Below, one piece after another: positions 22,965 through 35,098 of a DNA stretch of 64,000 nt. The stretch's first letter is position 1; the number at the start of each line of letters is the position of its first letter. The position numbers were made by a program, and so were the translations under genes. This DNA is from Torpedo marmorata (taxonomy: Eukaryota), in the NCBI GenBank assembly GCA_977017645.1, contig OZ360227.1, positions 129,270,001 to 129,334,000 on the forward strand. The letters run 5' to 3'. A model generated the notes under the pieces. The model was given only the letters and a program-made list of their open reading frames with translations, did not search any database and was not told the origin of the DNA.

Positions 22965-24598
22965 TGTAGGCTTGCAGCATGGATTGCTCCACAAAGCCCA
23001 CAAACAGGCAGGCGTAGCTGGGACCCATGCGGGTACCCATGGCTACTCACTCTCAATAACTTCTCCTTCAACTCATCCCACTTCCTCCAAATCAAAGGAG
23101 TAGCCATGGGTACCTGCATGAGTCCCAGCTACGCCTGCCTGTTTGTGGGCTTTGTGGAGCAATCCATGCTGCAAGCCTACACAGGCAAGACCCCTCATCT
23201 CTTCCTCCGTTATATCGACGACTACATCGGGGCTGCCTCATGCACCCGCGATGAGCTTGTCAACTTCATCCACTTCGCATCCAACTTCCACCACGATCTC
23301 AAACTCACCTGGACCATCTCCGATAACACTCTCCCCTTCCTGGATCTCTCTGTCTCCATCTCAGGAGACAAGCTTTCCACCGACATTTTCTACAAACCCT
23401 CCAACTCCCACAACTATCTGGACTACACTTCCTCACACCCTGTCCCCTGCAAGGATTCCATCCCCTTCTCTCAATTTCTCCGTCTCCGCCGCATCTGTTC
23501 CCAAGATGAGATGTTCCAGTCCAGATCTTCTGAAATGTCTGCCTTTTTACACAAACCTGGCTTCCCCTCCACCACCATCAACTCAGCCCTCACCCGCATC
23601 TCCTCCATTTCCCGCTCATCTGCCCTGGCCCCCTCTGCCCCCAGATGCAACAAACATAGAATCCCCCTCATCCTCACCTACCACCCCACCAGCCTCCGCA
23701 TCCAACACATTATCCGCTGGAATTTCCAGCACTTACTACAGGATCCCACCACCAGATACATTTTTCCTTCTCCTCCCCTCTCGGCCTTCCGTAGGGACCG
23801 CTCCCTCCGCGATTCCCTCGTGCACTCATCCCTCCCCACCCATCGCACCCCCGGCACCTTCCCCTGTGCCCGCAGGAGGTGCAACACCTGCGCCCACACC
23901 TCCCCCCTCACCACGGTCCGGGGCCCCAAACAGGCCTTTCAAGTGAAACTACACTTCACTTGTACATCCAGAGAACTTATTTACTGCATCCGGTGCTCCC
24001 TTTGTGGCTTTCTCTACATCGGAGAGACCGGTCGTAGATTGGGAGACCGCTTTGCTGAGCACCTCCTCTCCATCCGCAACAACAGCGACCTCCCAGTAGC
24101 CAACCATTTCAATTCCGGGTCACACTCCCACACTCACATGTCTGTCCATGGCCTTATGTACTATCCCACCCAGACTACCTGCAAATTGGAGGAACAACAT
24201 CTCATTTTCCGTCTGGGCACTCTCCAGCCAGATGGCATTAACATTGACTTTTCTGCTTTCCACTAAACCTGCTTGTCGTTTCCTTCCCCTCCCCCCTCAC
24301 CTGTCCTTCCTGTTTTTTTCCACCCACCCAGCCATCCTTCCTCCCCCTCTTTGCTGCTGTCCCCTCCTTCCTTTCTCCACCTATCATCTCCTTCCTCTGC
24401 CACACCCCCTTCCCCCTTCACTCTTTTGTTCGGACGCCTGCCGGCATTTTCTCATTCTTTGATGAAGGGCTCAAGCCTGAAATGTCGGTTATGTATTTCT
24501 ACCTTTGCTACATAAAAGACACTGTTTGACCTGCTGAGTTTCTCCAGCATTTGTGTTTTTTACTTCAATCACGGTGTCTACAGATTTTCATGTTTTAC
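22965..24598 (+). mobile_element. Penelope-like element (PLE; Neptune-type), 5'-truncated with an inverted 5' segment
   Basis: RT plus GIY-YIG ORF, a pyrimidine-rich 3' region and a terminal unit with a hammerhead-like core. 22965..23048 is an inverted copy of 23098..23181. Confidence 0.92.
23106..24266 (+). CDS. Penelope-like RT C-terminal half plus GIY-YIG endonuclease (partial)
   Basis: Motifs GVAMG...PSYA, RYIDD, PFLD, Cys linker CARRRCNTC, and LIYCIRCSLCGFLYIGETGRRLGDRFAEH...GIN. Confidence 0.9.
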   Translation: MGTCMSPSYACLFVGFVEQSMLQAYTGKTPHLFLRYIDDYIGAASCTRDELVNFIHFASNFHHDLKLTWTISDNTLPFLDLSVSISGDKLSTDIFYKPSNSHNYLDYTSSHPVPCKDSIPFSQFLRLRRICSQDEMFQSRSSEMSAFLHKPGFPSTTINSALTRISSISRSSALAPSAPRCNKHRIPLILTYHPTSLRIQHIIRWNFQHLLQDPTTRYIFPSPPLSAFRRDRSLRDSLVHSSLPTHRTPGTFPCARRRCNTCAHTSPLTTVRGPKQAFQVKLHFTCTSRELIYCIRCSLCGFLYIGETGRRLGDRFAEHLLSIRNNSDLPVANHFNSGSHSHTHMSVHGLMYYPTQTTCKLEEQHLIFRLGTLQPDGINIDFSAFH

Positions 24599-24984
24599 AC
24601 AGGTGGTCCACTCAGGACTGGAAGCAACAGCTGCGCCGCAGCCGGTACTACGACGGTCGGAGCGGCAGACCAGACCACCTGAAAGACTGAACCTGTGAGA
24701 ACGTTAATTCACTTCACCCCGCAGGACTCTTTTTTTAAAAGGAGGGGTGAATGTGGTAAACCACTGTAAATACATGTATATATGCTTATGGTCGTCTGGA
24801 CACGCCCCTTACTGGCTGTACCTGTGGCTCCTCCCACAGACCCCTGAATAAAGGCTATTGTGCCACAACTCCCTCCCCATTCCAGCTCAGACGACCACCA
24901 GGAGTGTACATCCATTCCAATGTGAATAAAAGCCTATCAGTTCCTGTCTAACTTCTAGTCTTTGGAGTTATTGATGGTGCACCA
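24599..24984 (+). mobile_element. 3' end of a second Mag-type Gypsy family: integrase tail, PPT and LTR (24752..24984)
   Basis: LRRSERQTRPPERLNL* parallels LRRSQRQIRPPDRLDL* of the 3020..7531 element. Same PPT AAAAGGAGGGGTGAA and LTR start TGTGGTAAACCACTGT. Confidence 0.88.
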
Positions 24985-27000
24985 CCTTTCCTATCCAAGT
25001 ACCTGTCTAAATGTCTTTAAAACATCACAATTGTACTTGCCTTTACATCTTCCTCTGGCAGCTCATTCCATATGACTACCACATGATGAATAAGTTGCCC
25101 CTCCAGTCCCTTTAAATCTTTCCTTCTCACTTTAAACCTATGGTTCACAGCTTTGGGCTCCTATACCCTGGGAAAAAGACTAACTTTTCAACTTCTGTGG
25201 CCCTTTTGATTTTATATACCTCCATAAGGTCATCCCTCAGCCTCCTATGCTCTAGGGAAAAAGGCCCAGTCTATCCAGCCTCTTCTTGTAACTCATGCCC
25301 TCCAGTCCCGGGATCATCCTCATTAATCTTTTCTGCACTCTTTCCAGCTTAAGGACATACTTCTTGTAGCTGGGCGACAGGAACTGCGAATAATATTCCA
25401 AATGTGGCCTCACCAACATCTTGTACAGCTGCTACATGACTTCTTAGTTCCTGTACTCAATGCCCTGACCAATGAAATGTTCTTCACCTTCCAGTCTATC
25501 TGTGATGCCACTTTCAGGGAACTATGTACCGTAACCTTAGGTGTCTCTGTTCTACAACATTCTGCAGAGCCCTGCTGTTTACTGTCTATGTCCTGCCTGG
25601 GTTTGACTTACCAAATGCAACTGCTCACACTTGACCAAGTAAAATTACATCTGCTGTTCCTTGGCTCATGTCCCCAGTTGATCTGGATCCTTTTGTAATC
25701 CTAGAGAGCCTTCCTCACTGAATGAATGAGTGTGAGTTTATTGTCACATACTCAAGCCCAATATACAGATGCTCTCAGATACTAGCCTGCTGCAGCTACT
25801 CAGCCATGTAAAATAAACTAACAAACAATAAGTATAAATTAAATTGCCTCAGAAAGAAAAAAATAGATAATAACTATAAAATATACTGTCCACTTTTTCA
25901 GAAATGTTGGTGCCATTTGAAAACTTACAAACCATGTTAACCACAGAACATTGTCATCCAAACCATTAATATAGATGTCAAACAGCAAAGGCCTCCCTGT
26001 GGCACACCACTAGTGACAGACCTCCAATCTGATAAACAATCCTCCAATTCCACCCTCTGACTACTTCCACTGAGCCAATTTTAAAACCAATTTGGGTGAA
26101 ACAAGAACGTCTGCAGATGCTGTGATTGTGTAAATACACAAAAGTGTTGGAGAGACTCAGCAAGTCCCACAGCGTCCATAGGAGGCAACCGATGAGCTCA
26201 GTACTGAAATGTTGGTTATATATCTCTACCTCCTATGGTTGCCACAGGAACTGCTGGGTTTCTTCAGCACGTTTATGTATTTAAAACCAATTTGCTTGCT
26301 CACCCTGGATCCCATGTGATCTAACTTTCTGAACTTGTCTACCATGCAGAACCTTGTCAAAGGCCTTACTAAAATCCATGTAGACAATGTCTTCTGCCCT
26401 GCTCTCATCAATCCTCATTTTCACATCGTGCACAATCTCAAACAAATTTGTAAGATGTGATTTCCAACACGCAAAACCACGCTGATTGTTCCTCATCAGA
26501 CACTAACCAGTCCTTGTCTATCTAACTGCTGGTCAATCCCTCAGAATCCCCTCCAGTAATTTTCCCACCACTGATGTTTGACTTACTGGCCTATAGTTTC
26601 CTGGCTTTTCCTTGCAGCCCTTCTTAAATAAAGGCACAACATTAGTCATTTTCCAGTCTTCTAGTACCTCATCTCTGGCTAATGCTAATGTAAATATCTC
26701 TGCCAGAGCCTCTGCAATGTTTTCATTAACTTCCCACAATTTTGTAGGGTACATTTGGACAGGTGCCATGGAATGCTAGCATCTCCTCTTCTGTAATGTC
26801 TATTCCAGGACATCTGTTCTCATTAGCCTCAATTTATTAGCTTTCATGACTCTCTCCATGGTAAATACAGATGAGAAATATTCATTTTAGAGCTTGCCCT
26901 GCTCTTGTGGCTCTGCACATGGAGGAACATGTTGACCCTAGCGACTTATTCTCTCTCTGGTTATCCTTTTGCTTTGAATATACCTGTAGAATCTCTGAGG
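24985..27000 (-). mobile_element. Degenerate CR1-clade LINE with short insertions
   Basis: WKMTNVVPLFKKGCKEKPGNYRPVS (26533..26769) and DIVYMDFSKAFDKV (26281..26496); CR1-like 3' region toward 24985. Confidence 0.82.
26095..26279. mobile_element. Head-to-head (palindromic) Penelope-terminus-derived short element
   Basis: 15-bp TSD TTTAAAACCAATTTG (26080-26094 / 26280-26294). ~55-bp imperfect inverted arms similar to Penelope terminal sequence. Confidence 0.75.
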
Positions 27001-28689
27001 ATTCCCCTTAACACAGGGAGATGTGTAAAATCCACACAACACACGCTAGAAGTCAGGACTGAACCCACCACTGGTGGGTGGCACTGTGCTGCCCTGCATT
27101 TAGTCAAGAGTACTGTATATGACTGTTAATGAGGAAAAACAAAGGAAGGAACAATTTTACACTTCACTTCAATAAAAGTGTGCCACCAGTGGTGGTGGGT
27201 GGTTGAGGTACACAAACCATGAAACTAAAGTTTGTTCCCCATTCTGAGTTGAATTCGTTGATATCAACTTCAGTGTCACTAATTCTGGTGAGACCAATGT
27301 TAGCAACGATGTAGCCATTTAATCCAACTTTTCACCTGTTTCTCAGCCACATAATTACAATACCAGAGCACGACAAATGTGTTAGTCTTCCTCCTAACTC
27401 AATCCCCTATTTAACTAAAACTGTTAACTTTATATTCTCCATATCAGTCTATATATGTAGGAAATTCATGTCGTTCACTTAACGGAAACATAATCGTGAT
27501 GTACTAACTGCCACTGGGATTGGATCATTTACATCCGCTTGATTTATTCCCTTGGTGGTGTTCAGATCCAGAGGGAGTATTAAAATGCACAGGAACTGGA
27601 ATGTAGGCAAGATCATTCATTGAAGGAGACTTCCTTACCTTAGATGCTATGACAAATGTTTTCAAAGCACAAGGAAATGAGACTGTTGTGTGTATATGAA
27701 AAGGCAAAAAGGTGTTTTGACGAGCTCTCAAGAGTTTATCAACCATCTCTGTGGTGTCTACTCATTCCATTGTCTATCCACTGATGATATAATCTGTTGA
27801 TTGACATCCCACTCATCACTCTAAGCATTCATTCCTTCCACCATCAATGCACTACGTTTGCAGTAAAAATCACCAACAAAATGTAGTGCAGTGACTCACT
27901 TCCACCCCTCTGATAGAACCGCTCAACCAGCAACCACGACCACATTGAAAGGCAAAGCCATCTGTCTTATAGCTCATTCCTCTCCAAGTCACATATGATC
28001 CTAACTTGGATTTATTTTGTTGTGACACAATTTTACCTTCCTGAGGGAGCACCTCACATAGATATCTGCAATGGATGGGAGGTTTGTGCCTGTGATGGAC
28101 TTTGCCACTTCCTGCAGCCTTCTGTATTCAAGGGCAATCAGGTTTCCAACCAAGCCATGTTGCAGCCAGGAGTTTGACAGAGCACTTGACGACACAGCAA
28201 TTGATAATGGAGTTAGATAACGTCATCTGTAATGGTGTTTCCCATTCTAAAAGTTCTACAAGTAGTCAAAGCTTCCCCCATGAATAGTTGGACTGCTAAT
28301 AATGAACAGGCGTGAACAGACTATGTTGTCGAGCCTTGACGTAACTGGAAAATATTTATAAAGAATGCTGGGGGCAGGCACGTGATTTTTTTTGTGAGTA
28401 GTACATTTCTGTCAAGAGATGCGTTTAGGAATTGTATAGTAAATAGTACTTGACAGGTGACAGAATGTGCACAAGGCCCAGAGACCCATGCTGTAATAGA
28501 CATTGTGTGGCTTCAGAAGCTGCTTCTGAAAGCTCAGCTGCAGAGAGGCTAAGATGCATCCTGTCGGGTTGCTACTCCTCAAATTATATAGGGTAGCGGT
28601 GATTTTAAATGTGTCATCTTTTGGAAGGGCATACACATGCACATCCTTGTTGCTCTGCAGCAAAGCTGAAAACACTCAAAAGTACCTGT

Positions 28690-29026
28690 TACAACACAAA
28701 TGGACACTAATTGGCCCATGAGGTTCATCCTGGCTCCCAACAGAGCAATCCCATTGGTCTCACTTCCCATTTCTCTGCAGCTCTGTGATTTATTCTCCCT
28801 CAAGTCCCCTTCAACTTCCCTTTGATTATTTTTCCACATGCATACACCAAAGAGTATTTTACAGCAGAACATTAACCTACCAGCAAATCTTTGGGATGTG
28901 GGGGGGGGGAAACCAGAGTACCTGGAGACAACACACATGGTCACAGTGAGAACTGAAAACTATGCTAGCGGACAGGATCAAACCCAGAACCCTGGAGCGA
29001 TGAGACAATTAGCACCACTGCACCAC
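28690..29026 (-). mobile_element. Degenerate HE1/V-SINE-like tRNA-derived SINE
   Basis: Reverse complement resembles the V-domain (CCAGGTACTCTGGTTT..CCCACATCCCAAAGA) followed by a CR1-like tail. Confidence 0.6.
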
Positions 29027-29270
29027 CTGTATATATCTTCTGTGTAATTATTGGGGTAGGGCGGGGGAAAGAAGCCTGTTTCCCTATTTGTTCCCATCCT
29101 GCAGGCTAATGTGCAATTGGGTGTAGCTTCTGGCTGTAAGTTCTTTTGTGAAGATCCTGGTACTTGTGTGTTGAGTGCCTTTGGTGTTGACTGAGCTGCC
29201 AGTAAATGCTACCAGGAGCCATACTTCAATCTAATAGCCTGCCTGAGCCCCAAACAGTAAATCTTTCAGG

Positions 29271-30157
29271 TGTTACAAAATCAAACCAGCAACAACAGAA
29301 GACGCAATGCAAAAGGGGTAAAATTGAAATTTATATTTATTAAAGACAATTAAACATATAATTTCATAACAATTAACCCCACTATAAACGTCTATAAACA
29401 CTATTCTTATCTAAAAGGTGTGTGTGTGTGTGTGTGTAAAGTCCAGACCATTACAGTCTGTGCCCAACCCTCATGTAAAAATGGAAAAACTTTCCCCAAA
29501 AACCCGAGATTAGTCATAAAAAAAAGTCAGTCAGAAAAAAAAAAGAATACAGCCTACAAAAATTCACTCTCTATGTTCAGGATCCAAATTCAGCTCTGTG
29601 TGCTGGCAAGAAGGACTTCTTAATGAACGTTGGAGAGAGACAATGACTGTTTATGCTTACGAATACTTGGCTTGTTTTTCTTCTCTGATGACTTTCCTTT
29701 TTGGTAGAGATTCATGAGGATTGTGACTCCAAATCAGTATACCACTGATTGAGGCGTGTACTTGGATCTCACAGCTGGTCTCGCTGATCTCACGCCTGTT
29801 CTCCACAAAGGTTGCTTTAACTCAGGATTTTGCTGAGACAGGAGGCCATGTGCTCTTCTCCCAGCCTTTTCCCTGGGATGCACAAGCCTGGATTTTGCTG
29901 TGTTCTCTAGCCTTTGCAACTCCAAACTGCCACTGAACCTCAATGCTTTTTGCAGAGGTTTGCACCTGCTTTTGCAAAAGTGCAACAAAGTATCTTTTCC
30001 ACAGCCTGTCTCTCTGGTCTCTCTCTCTCTCTCTCTGGGTACACCAAGTCCTGGGCAAGTTAACTCTTTCAGTACCTGGTCCCAGTGTGTAATCCAAGAG
30101 ACTTCATCCTTCCTGCTGACCGTCCGCAGTCCAAATGGTCAGTCATGGTCCATAACA
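29271..30157 (-). repeat. 3' LTR of Gmr1-like element
   Basis: Direct repeat of 34207..35098 with TGTT...AACA ends and internal (GT)n and (CT)n tracts. Confidence 0.95.
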
Positions 30158-30289
30158 CCTCCCAACCACAAAGAAAATTTTGGTCTGCAAGAACAAAATT
30201 TTGGAAATTAATTGAGGTGTCACAATATAAACAAAACCCACAATGTTCATCCACAAATACAAAATATGAACTATTTTCATTTATAAAGT

Positions 30290-33200
30290 TTAACATCTAG
30301 AAAGACAATCAGCAATTACATTATCTTTCCCTTTTATATGTGTTATTACCAAATCATATTCTTGCAAAATTAGACTCCAATTCAATAATCGTTGATTCTT
30401 ATTTTTCATTTTACAAAGAAAAACCAATGGATTATGGTCAGTATACACTATGAGTGGTTTTTGAGCTGTACAGATATAAACACCAAAGTGTTGTAGAGCC
30501 AACACAAGAGCCAACAACTCTTTTTCTATGGTTGAATAATTCCTTTGATGATCATTGAACTTCTTCGAGAAGTAGGATACCGGATAGTCAATGTCCTCTT
30601 CGTTCTTCTTCTGTAACAGCACCGCACCCACAGCTTCATCGCTGGCATCCACGGCTAAAGAAAACGGCTGTTCTAAATTAGGTGACTTAAGCACAGGTTG
30701 GTGGCATAACATGGCTTTCAATTTGATAAATGCTTCCTGACAACCTGTCGACCATACAAATTTTTCTTTCTTTCTAAGCAAATTTGTGAGAGGGAGCGCA
30801 AGATCAGCAAAGTTTTTACAGAACTTGCAGTAGAAGCCAATCATTCCCAGGAACCTCCTTAGAGTTTACTTACCAGTTGGAACAGGGAACTCGGAAATAG
30901 TCACAACCTTTTCCTCCACTAGCGCCAACTTCCCCTGTCCTACTACATAACTCAGAGAATTAACAGTCCCATGACCCTCTCTGACACTGGTTTTATCGGT
31001 CTCCTCCTTACCCCTGTCAATAACCAGCACCTCTGGTAAATGTTCAGTCTCTTTGTGCGGCACCTGTTCAAAATATGGCTTAATCATATTCACATGACAG
31101 ACCTGTGTGTCTCGTCTGCAATTAGGTGTTTCTATGACATAGGTGACATCATTAATTTTTGACTTAACTCTATAGGGTCCTGAAAATCTAGCCCTAAGAG
31201 GATATGAATGGATGGGAAACAGAACTAATATGTTCTCACCAGGTTTAAAAGTTCTCATCTTCACCTTTCGATCATACCAAACCTTCATTCTCTGTTGAGT
31301 GGCCTTTAAATTCTCCTTTGCCATCTCACAAGCCCTATGCAACTGATCCTTAATTTTGGAAACATAATCTAACAGATTTAAATGCACATCACTATTAATC
31401 CACTGTTCTTTTAATAATCTTAAAGGACCTCTCACCTCATGTCCGAAAACTAACTCGAATGGACTAAAACCAAGTGATTCTTGGACAGACTCCCTCGCTG
31501 CAAATAACAACAAATGAACCCCCTCATCCCAATCCTTTTCCTTTTCACAACAATAGGTTCTAATCATGTTTTTCAAAGTCGAATGAAACCTCTCCAAGGC
31601 CCCTTGACTTTCTGGATGGTACGCAGAGGATACAATCTGTTTAACTCCCAGTCCATCAACCACTTGTTGGAAAACGCCTGACATGAAATTACTGCCCTGA
31701 TCTGATTGAATTTCCCTTGGCAAACCTACCAAGGTGAAAAACTTTACCATAGCCTTTACAATTGACTTTGCTTTTATGTTTCTCAGAGGAATGGCCTCTG
31801 GAAATCTGGTGGCTGCACACATAATTGTTAACAAATACTCATTCCCCGCTTTGGTTTTGGGCAATGGGCCAACACAGTCCACAATCACTCTCGAGAAAGG
31901 CTCACTGAAAGCAGGGATAGGTTGCAAGGGTGCCACCGGGGGACCCTGATTAGGTTTACCCACCACCTGACAAGTGTGACAGGCCCGGCAAAAGCTTACA
32001 ACCTCCCTTCTCAAACTGGGTCAATAAAATTGTTTCATTATCTTCCTTATAGTTTTCTTCACCCCAAGGTGACCACCTAAGGATGTACTATGAGCCAAAG
32101 TTATTATTGCATCCCTATATACTTTAGGGATCACAACCTGCTGCACTACTGCCCATTCTTCATTGGCAGGAACATCACATGGTCTCCACTTTTCATCAAC
32201 ACCCCATCTTTTTCATGATAACCCACTGGCACCTTTTTAATCTCCTCTTCAGAGAGAACCTTATCCCTCACCTCAGCAAGATCAGGATCGTCCTTTTGCC
32301 TTGCTATTAGCTCCTGTCGACATAATGACAAATCTGTGCCTTTTGGTGTCTTATCAGTGGATGGGTGTAACACAGGAGATTGCTCAACCTTTTCCAGGTG
32401 TTCTTGATTATCACTGACTTTTTCTTTCACCAAGTTATTTTCCACTGCCTTCTCTACAGTGACATTTTTCTTAGACATGGCCCTGGTTATGGCACATGCC
32501 AGATAAATATCAGAGTCTTTCTCTGATTTATCAATGACTGGCTTAGTGGTCATTCGCACTGCAGGAACTACTTTACCCTTAGCCAAGTCATTGCCTAGCA
32601 ACAGTGAGACTCCTTCTACTGGCAACTCTGATCTCACTCCTATTAGAACAGGTCCTTCCACCAAGTCTGAGTCCAACACTATTTTGTGCAAAGGAATGGA
32701 CTCCACATCACCCGCAATTCCTTTAATTAAAATTATGGGCTTCACAAAATTCCAAGATGCTATCTAACACAAGTGACCGAGCAGCTCCAGTATCTCGCAA
32801 GATTTTCACTGGAACTTGTTTTGATCCTGCCTTAACTGAAACAAAACCATCAGTCACAAAAGGTTTAAATACATCTTTAACTTTGTCAGTAAATTTATCT
32901 CCTTCCTGGGTGTTATGCCTCTTCTCACTTTGAATACAAGCATTAGGCATTGCATCCTTTTCTCTCTTCTTTTTCAACACTGGACAGCTTGCTATCATAT
33001 GACCAGCCTTCCTACAGTAGTGGCAAATGGGACCCGAAGGGTTTTCCCTTTTCCACTTTCCTTCATCCCTTTCCTTAACACCACTTACAAATTTACTTTC
33101 CACTTGCTTGTGATTATCCACAGTGACCTTTTGGAAAATTCTACCTGACGTCCACTTAGGCTTGTTAACCCACATCTGCTAACTTAGCTGAATTTTGTCA

Positions 33201-34019
33201 AGTTTTCACCTCCTTTTCATCTAAGTATGCCTTAATATCCTCAGGAACACACCTTTTTATCTCCGCGATTATGATCAATTCTCTCAATTGATTGTAATCA
33301 TTGTTTACCGCCTTAGATGTGCACCACCTGTCAAAACACACAACCTTTCCATAGGCAAACTCTGTGTAAGATTGGGTTGCTGATCTTTTTAAATTTCTAA
33401 ACTTCTGTCTATAAGCCTCTGGAACTAACTCATAAGCCTGGAGTATAGCCTTTTTCACCGTTTCATAATCAGCAGCTTGTTCTGTGGTAAGAGTACAATA
33501 AGCTTGCTGAGCTTTTCCTTTAATTACACTTTTTAACATAAGAGACCATTGGTCTTGCGGCCATTTTAATTTCACAGCCACCTTCTCAAAATGCTGGAAG
33601 TACTTATCTATTTCCGCCTCCTCAAATGGAGGAACCAACCTAACTTCTCTACTAGCCAAAAACCTCTCAATAGGATGACGAATTTGATCTTTGTGCTCGT
33701 CTTGTCTCATCTCATTTTCCAACCTCATCTTTTCCAGCTCATATCTCCTATTTCTCTCATCGTTCTCGTATCTCTTTTGTCCCAATTCCGTGTCTAATTT
33801 CTTTTGTTCCAATTCCGTGTTTAATTTCTTTTGTTGCAATTCCAATTTCTTTAGTTCCAACTGTATGTTTTCAGAAGGTTTACCCTTGGGAAACTGCTCT
33901 AACACGCTCTCCTCAAACTTTTTTTCTTTTATATAGTATTTGACAATTTTTCTCCCAATCTCTGCCTTTTTCATAAATGGTTTTACAGAAGCAATGCCCA
34001 ACTCTGTTGCTATATCCAC
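30290..34019 (-). pseudogene. Disrupted gag-pol of Gmr1-like element
   Basis: Gag 34019..33198. Zinc knuckle CHYCRKAGHMIASC and protease LRDTGA (33175..32723). Integrase (CHTC, IVDCVGP, SDQGSNF, ALERFH, GPY; 32014..30866). RNase H (VDASD, EKE, TDHNPL, ADCLSR; 30844..30290). Confidence 0.92.
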
Positions 34020-34206
34020 TAACTGTTCCTTTTTTCCTTTTTAAAATTATCAGGTTCAGGTGATTCCAAAAATTGTTGCTGGTTTTTCATTACACACACA
34101 CTAGCTTTTAATTAGCTTTACAAAAGGAATGTCTTAAACCAGAATGGGATTCCTTCAATTATCAAGATGGATTTTTAATTCAAATCCAAAGACGAGCCCC
34201 CAATTT

Positions 34207-35098
34207 TGTTACAAAATCAAACCAGCAACAACAGAAGACACAATGCAAAAGGGGTAAAATTGAAATTTATATTTATTAAAGACAATTAAACATATAATTT
34301 CACAACAATTAACCCCACTATAAACATCTATAAACACTATTCTTATCTAAAAGGTGTGTGTTGTGTGTGTGTAAGGCCCAGACCATTACAGTCTGTGTCC
34401 AACCCTCATGTAAAAATGGAAAAACTTTCCCCAAAAACCCCAGGTCAGTCATAAAAACAAGTCAGTCAGAAAAAAAATAATACAGTCTACAAAAATTCAC
34501 TCTCTATGTTCAGGATCCAAATTCAGCTCTGTGTGCTGGCAAGAAGGACTTCTTAATGAACGTTGGAGAGAGACAATGACTGTTTATGCTTACGAATACT
34601 TGGCTTGTTTTTCTTCTCTGATGACTTTCCTTTTTGGTAGAGATTCACGAGGATTGTGACTCCAAATCAGTATACCACTGATTGAGGCGTGTACTTGGAT
34701 CTCACAGCTGGTCTCGCTGATCTCACGTCTGTTCTCCACAAAAGTTGCTTTAACTCAGGATTTTGCTGAGACAAGAGGCCATGTGCTATTCTCCCAGCCT
34801 TTTCCATGGGATGCACAAGCCTGGATTTTGCTGTGTTCTCTAGCCTTTGCAACTCCAAACTGCCACTGAACCTCAATGCTTTTTGCAGAGGTTTGCACCT
34901 GCTTTTGCAAAAATGCAACAAAGTATCTTTTCCACAGCCTGTCTCTCTCTCTCTCTCTGGTCTCTCTCTCTCTCTCTGGGTACACCAAGTCCTGGGCAAG
35001 TTAACTCTTTCAGTACCTGGTCCCAGTGTGTACTCCAAAAGCCTTCATCCTTCCTGCTGACGATCCACAGTCCAAATGGTCAGTCATGGTCCAGAACA
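34207..35098 (-). repeat. 5' LTR of Gmr1-like element
   Basis: Direct repeat of 29271..30157, adjacent to the tRNA-Pro-type PBS at ~34190-34202. Confidence 0.95.

Larger units (their letters stand above)
29271..35098 (-). mobile_element. Gmr1-like Gypsy LTR retrotransposon (integrase upstream of RT/RNase H), RT core deleted
   Basis: ~890-bp LTRs (29271..30157, 34207..35098). 4-bp TSD CAGG. PBS TGGGGGCTCGTC (tRNA-Pro type). PPT GGTTGGGAGG. Order gag-PR-IN-(RT thumb)-RH. Confidence 0.94.

Noticed and set aside
23143-23946. Pro/Ser/Thr-rich 267-aa ORF (and the similar tail of 44165..44995)
   Set aside because: Alternative frame of the C-rich Penelope coding strand; in the second copy it arises from a frameshift.
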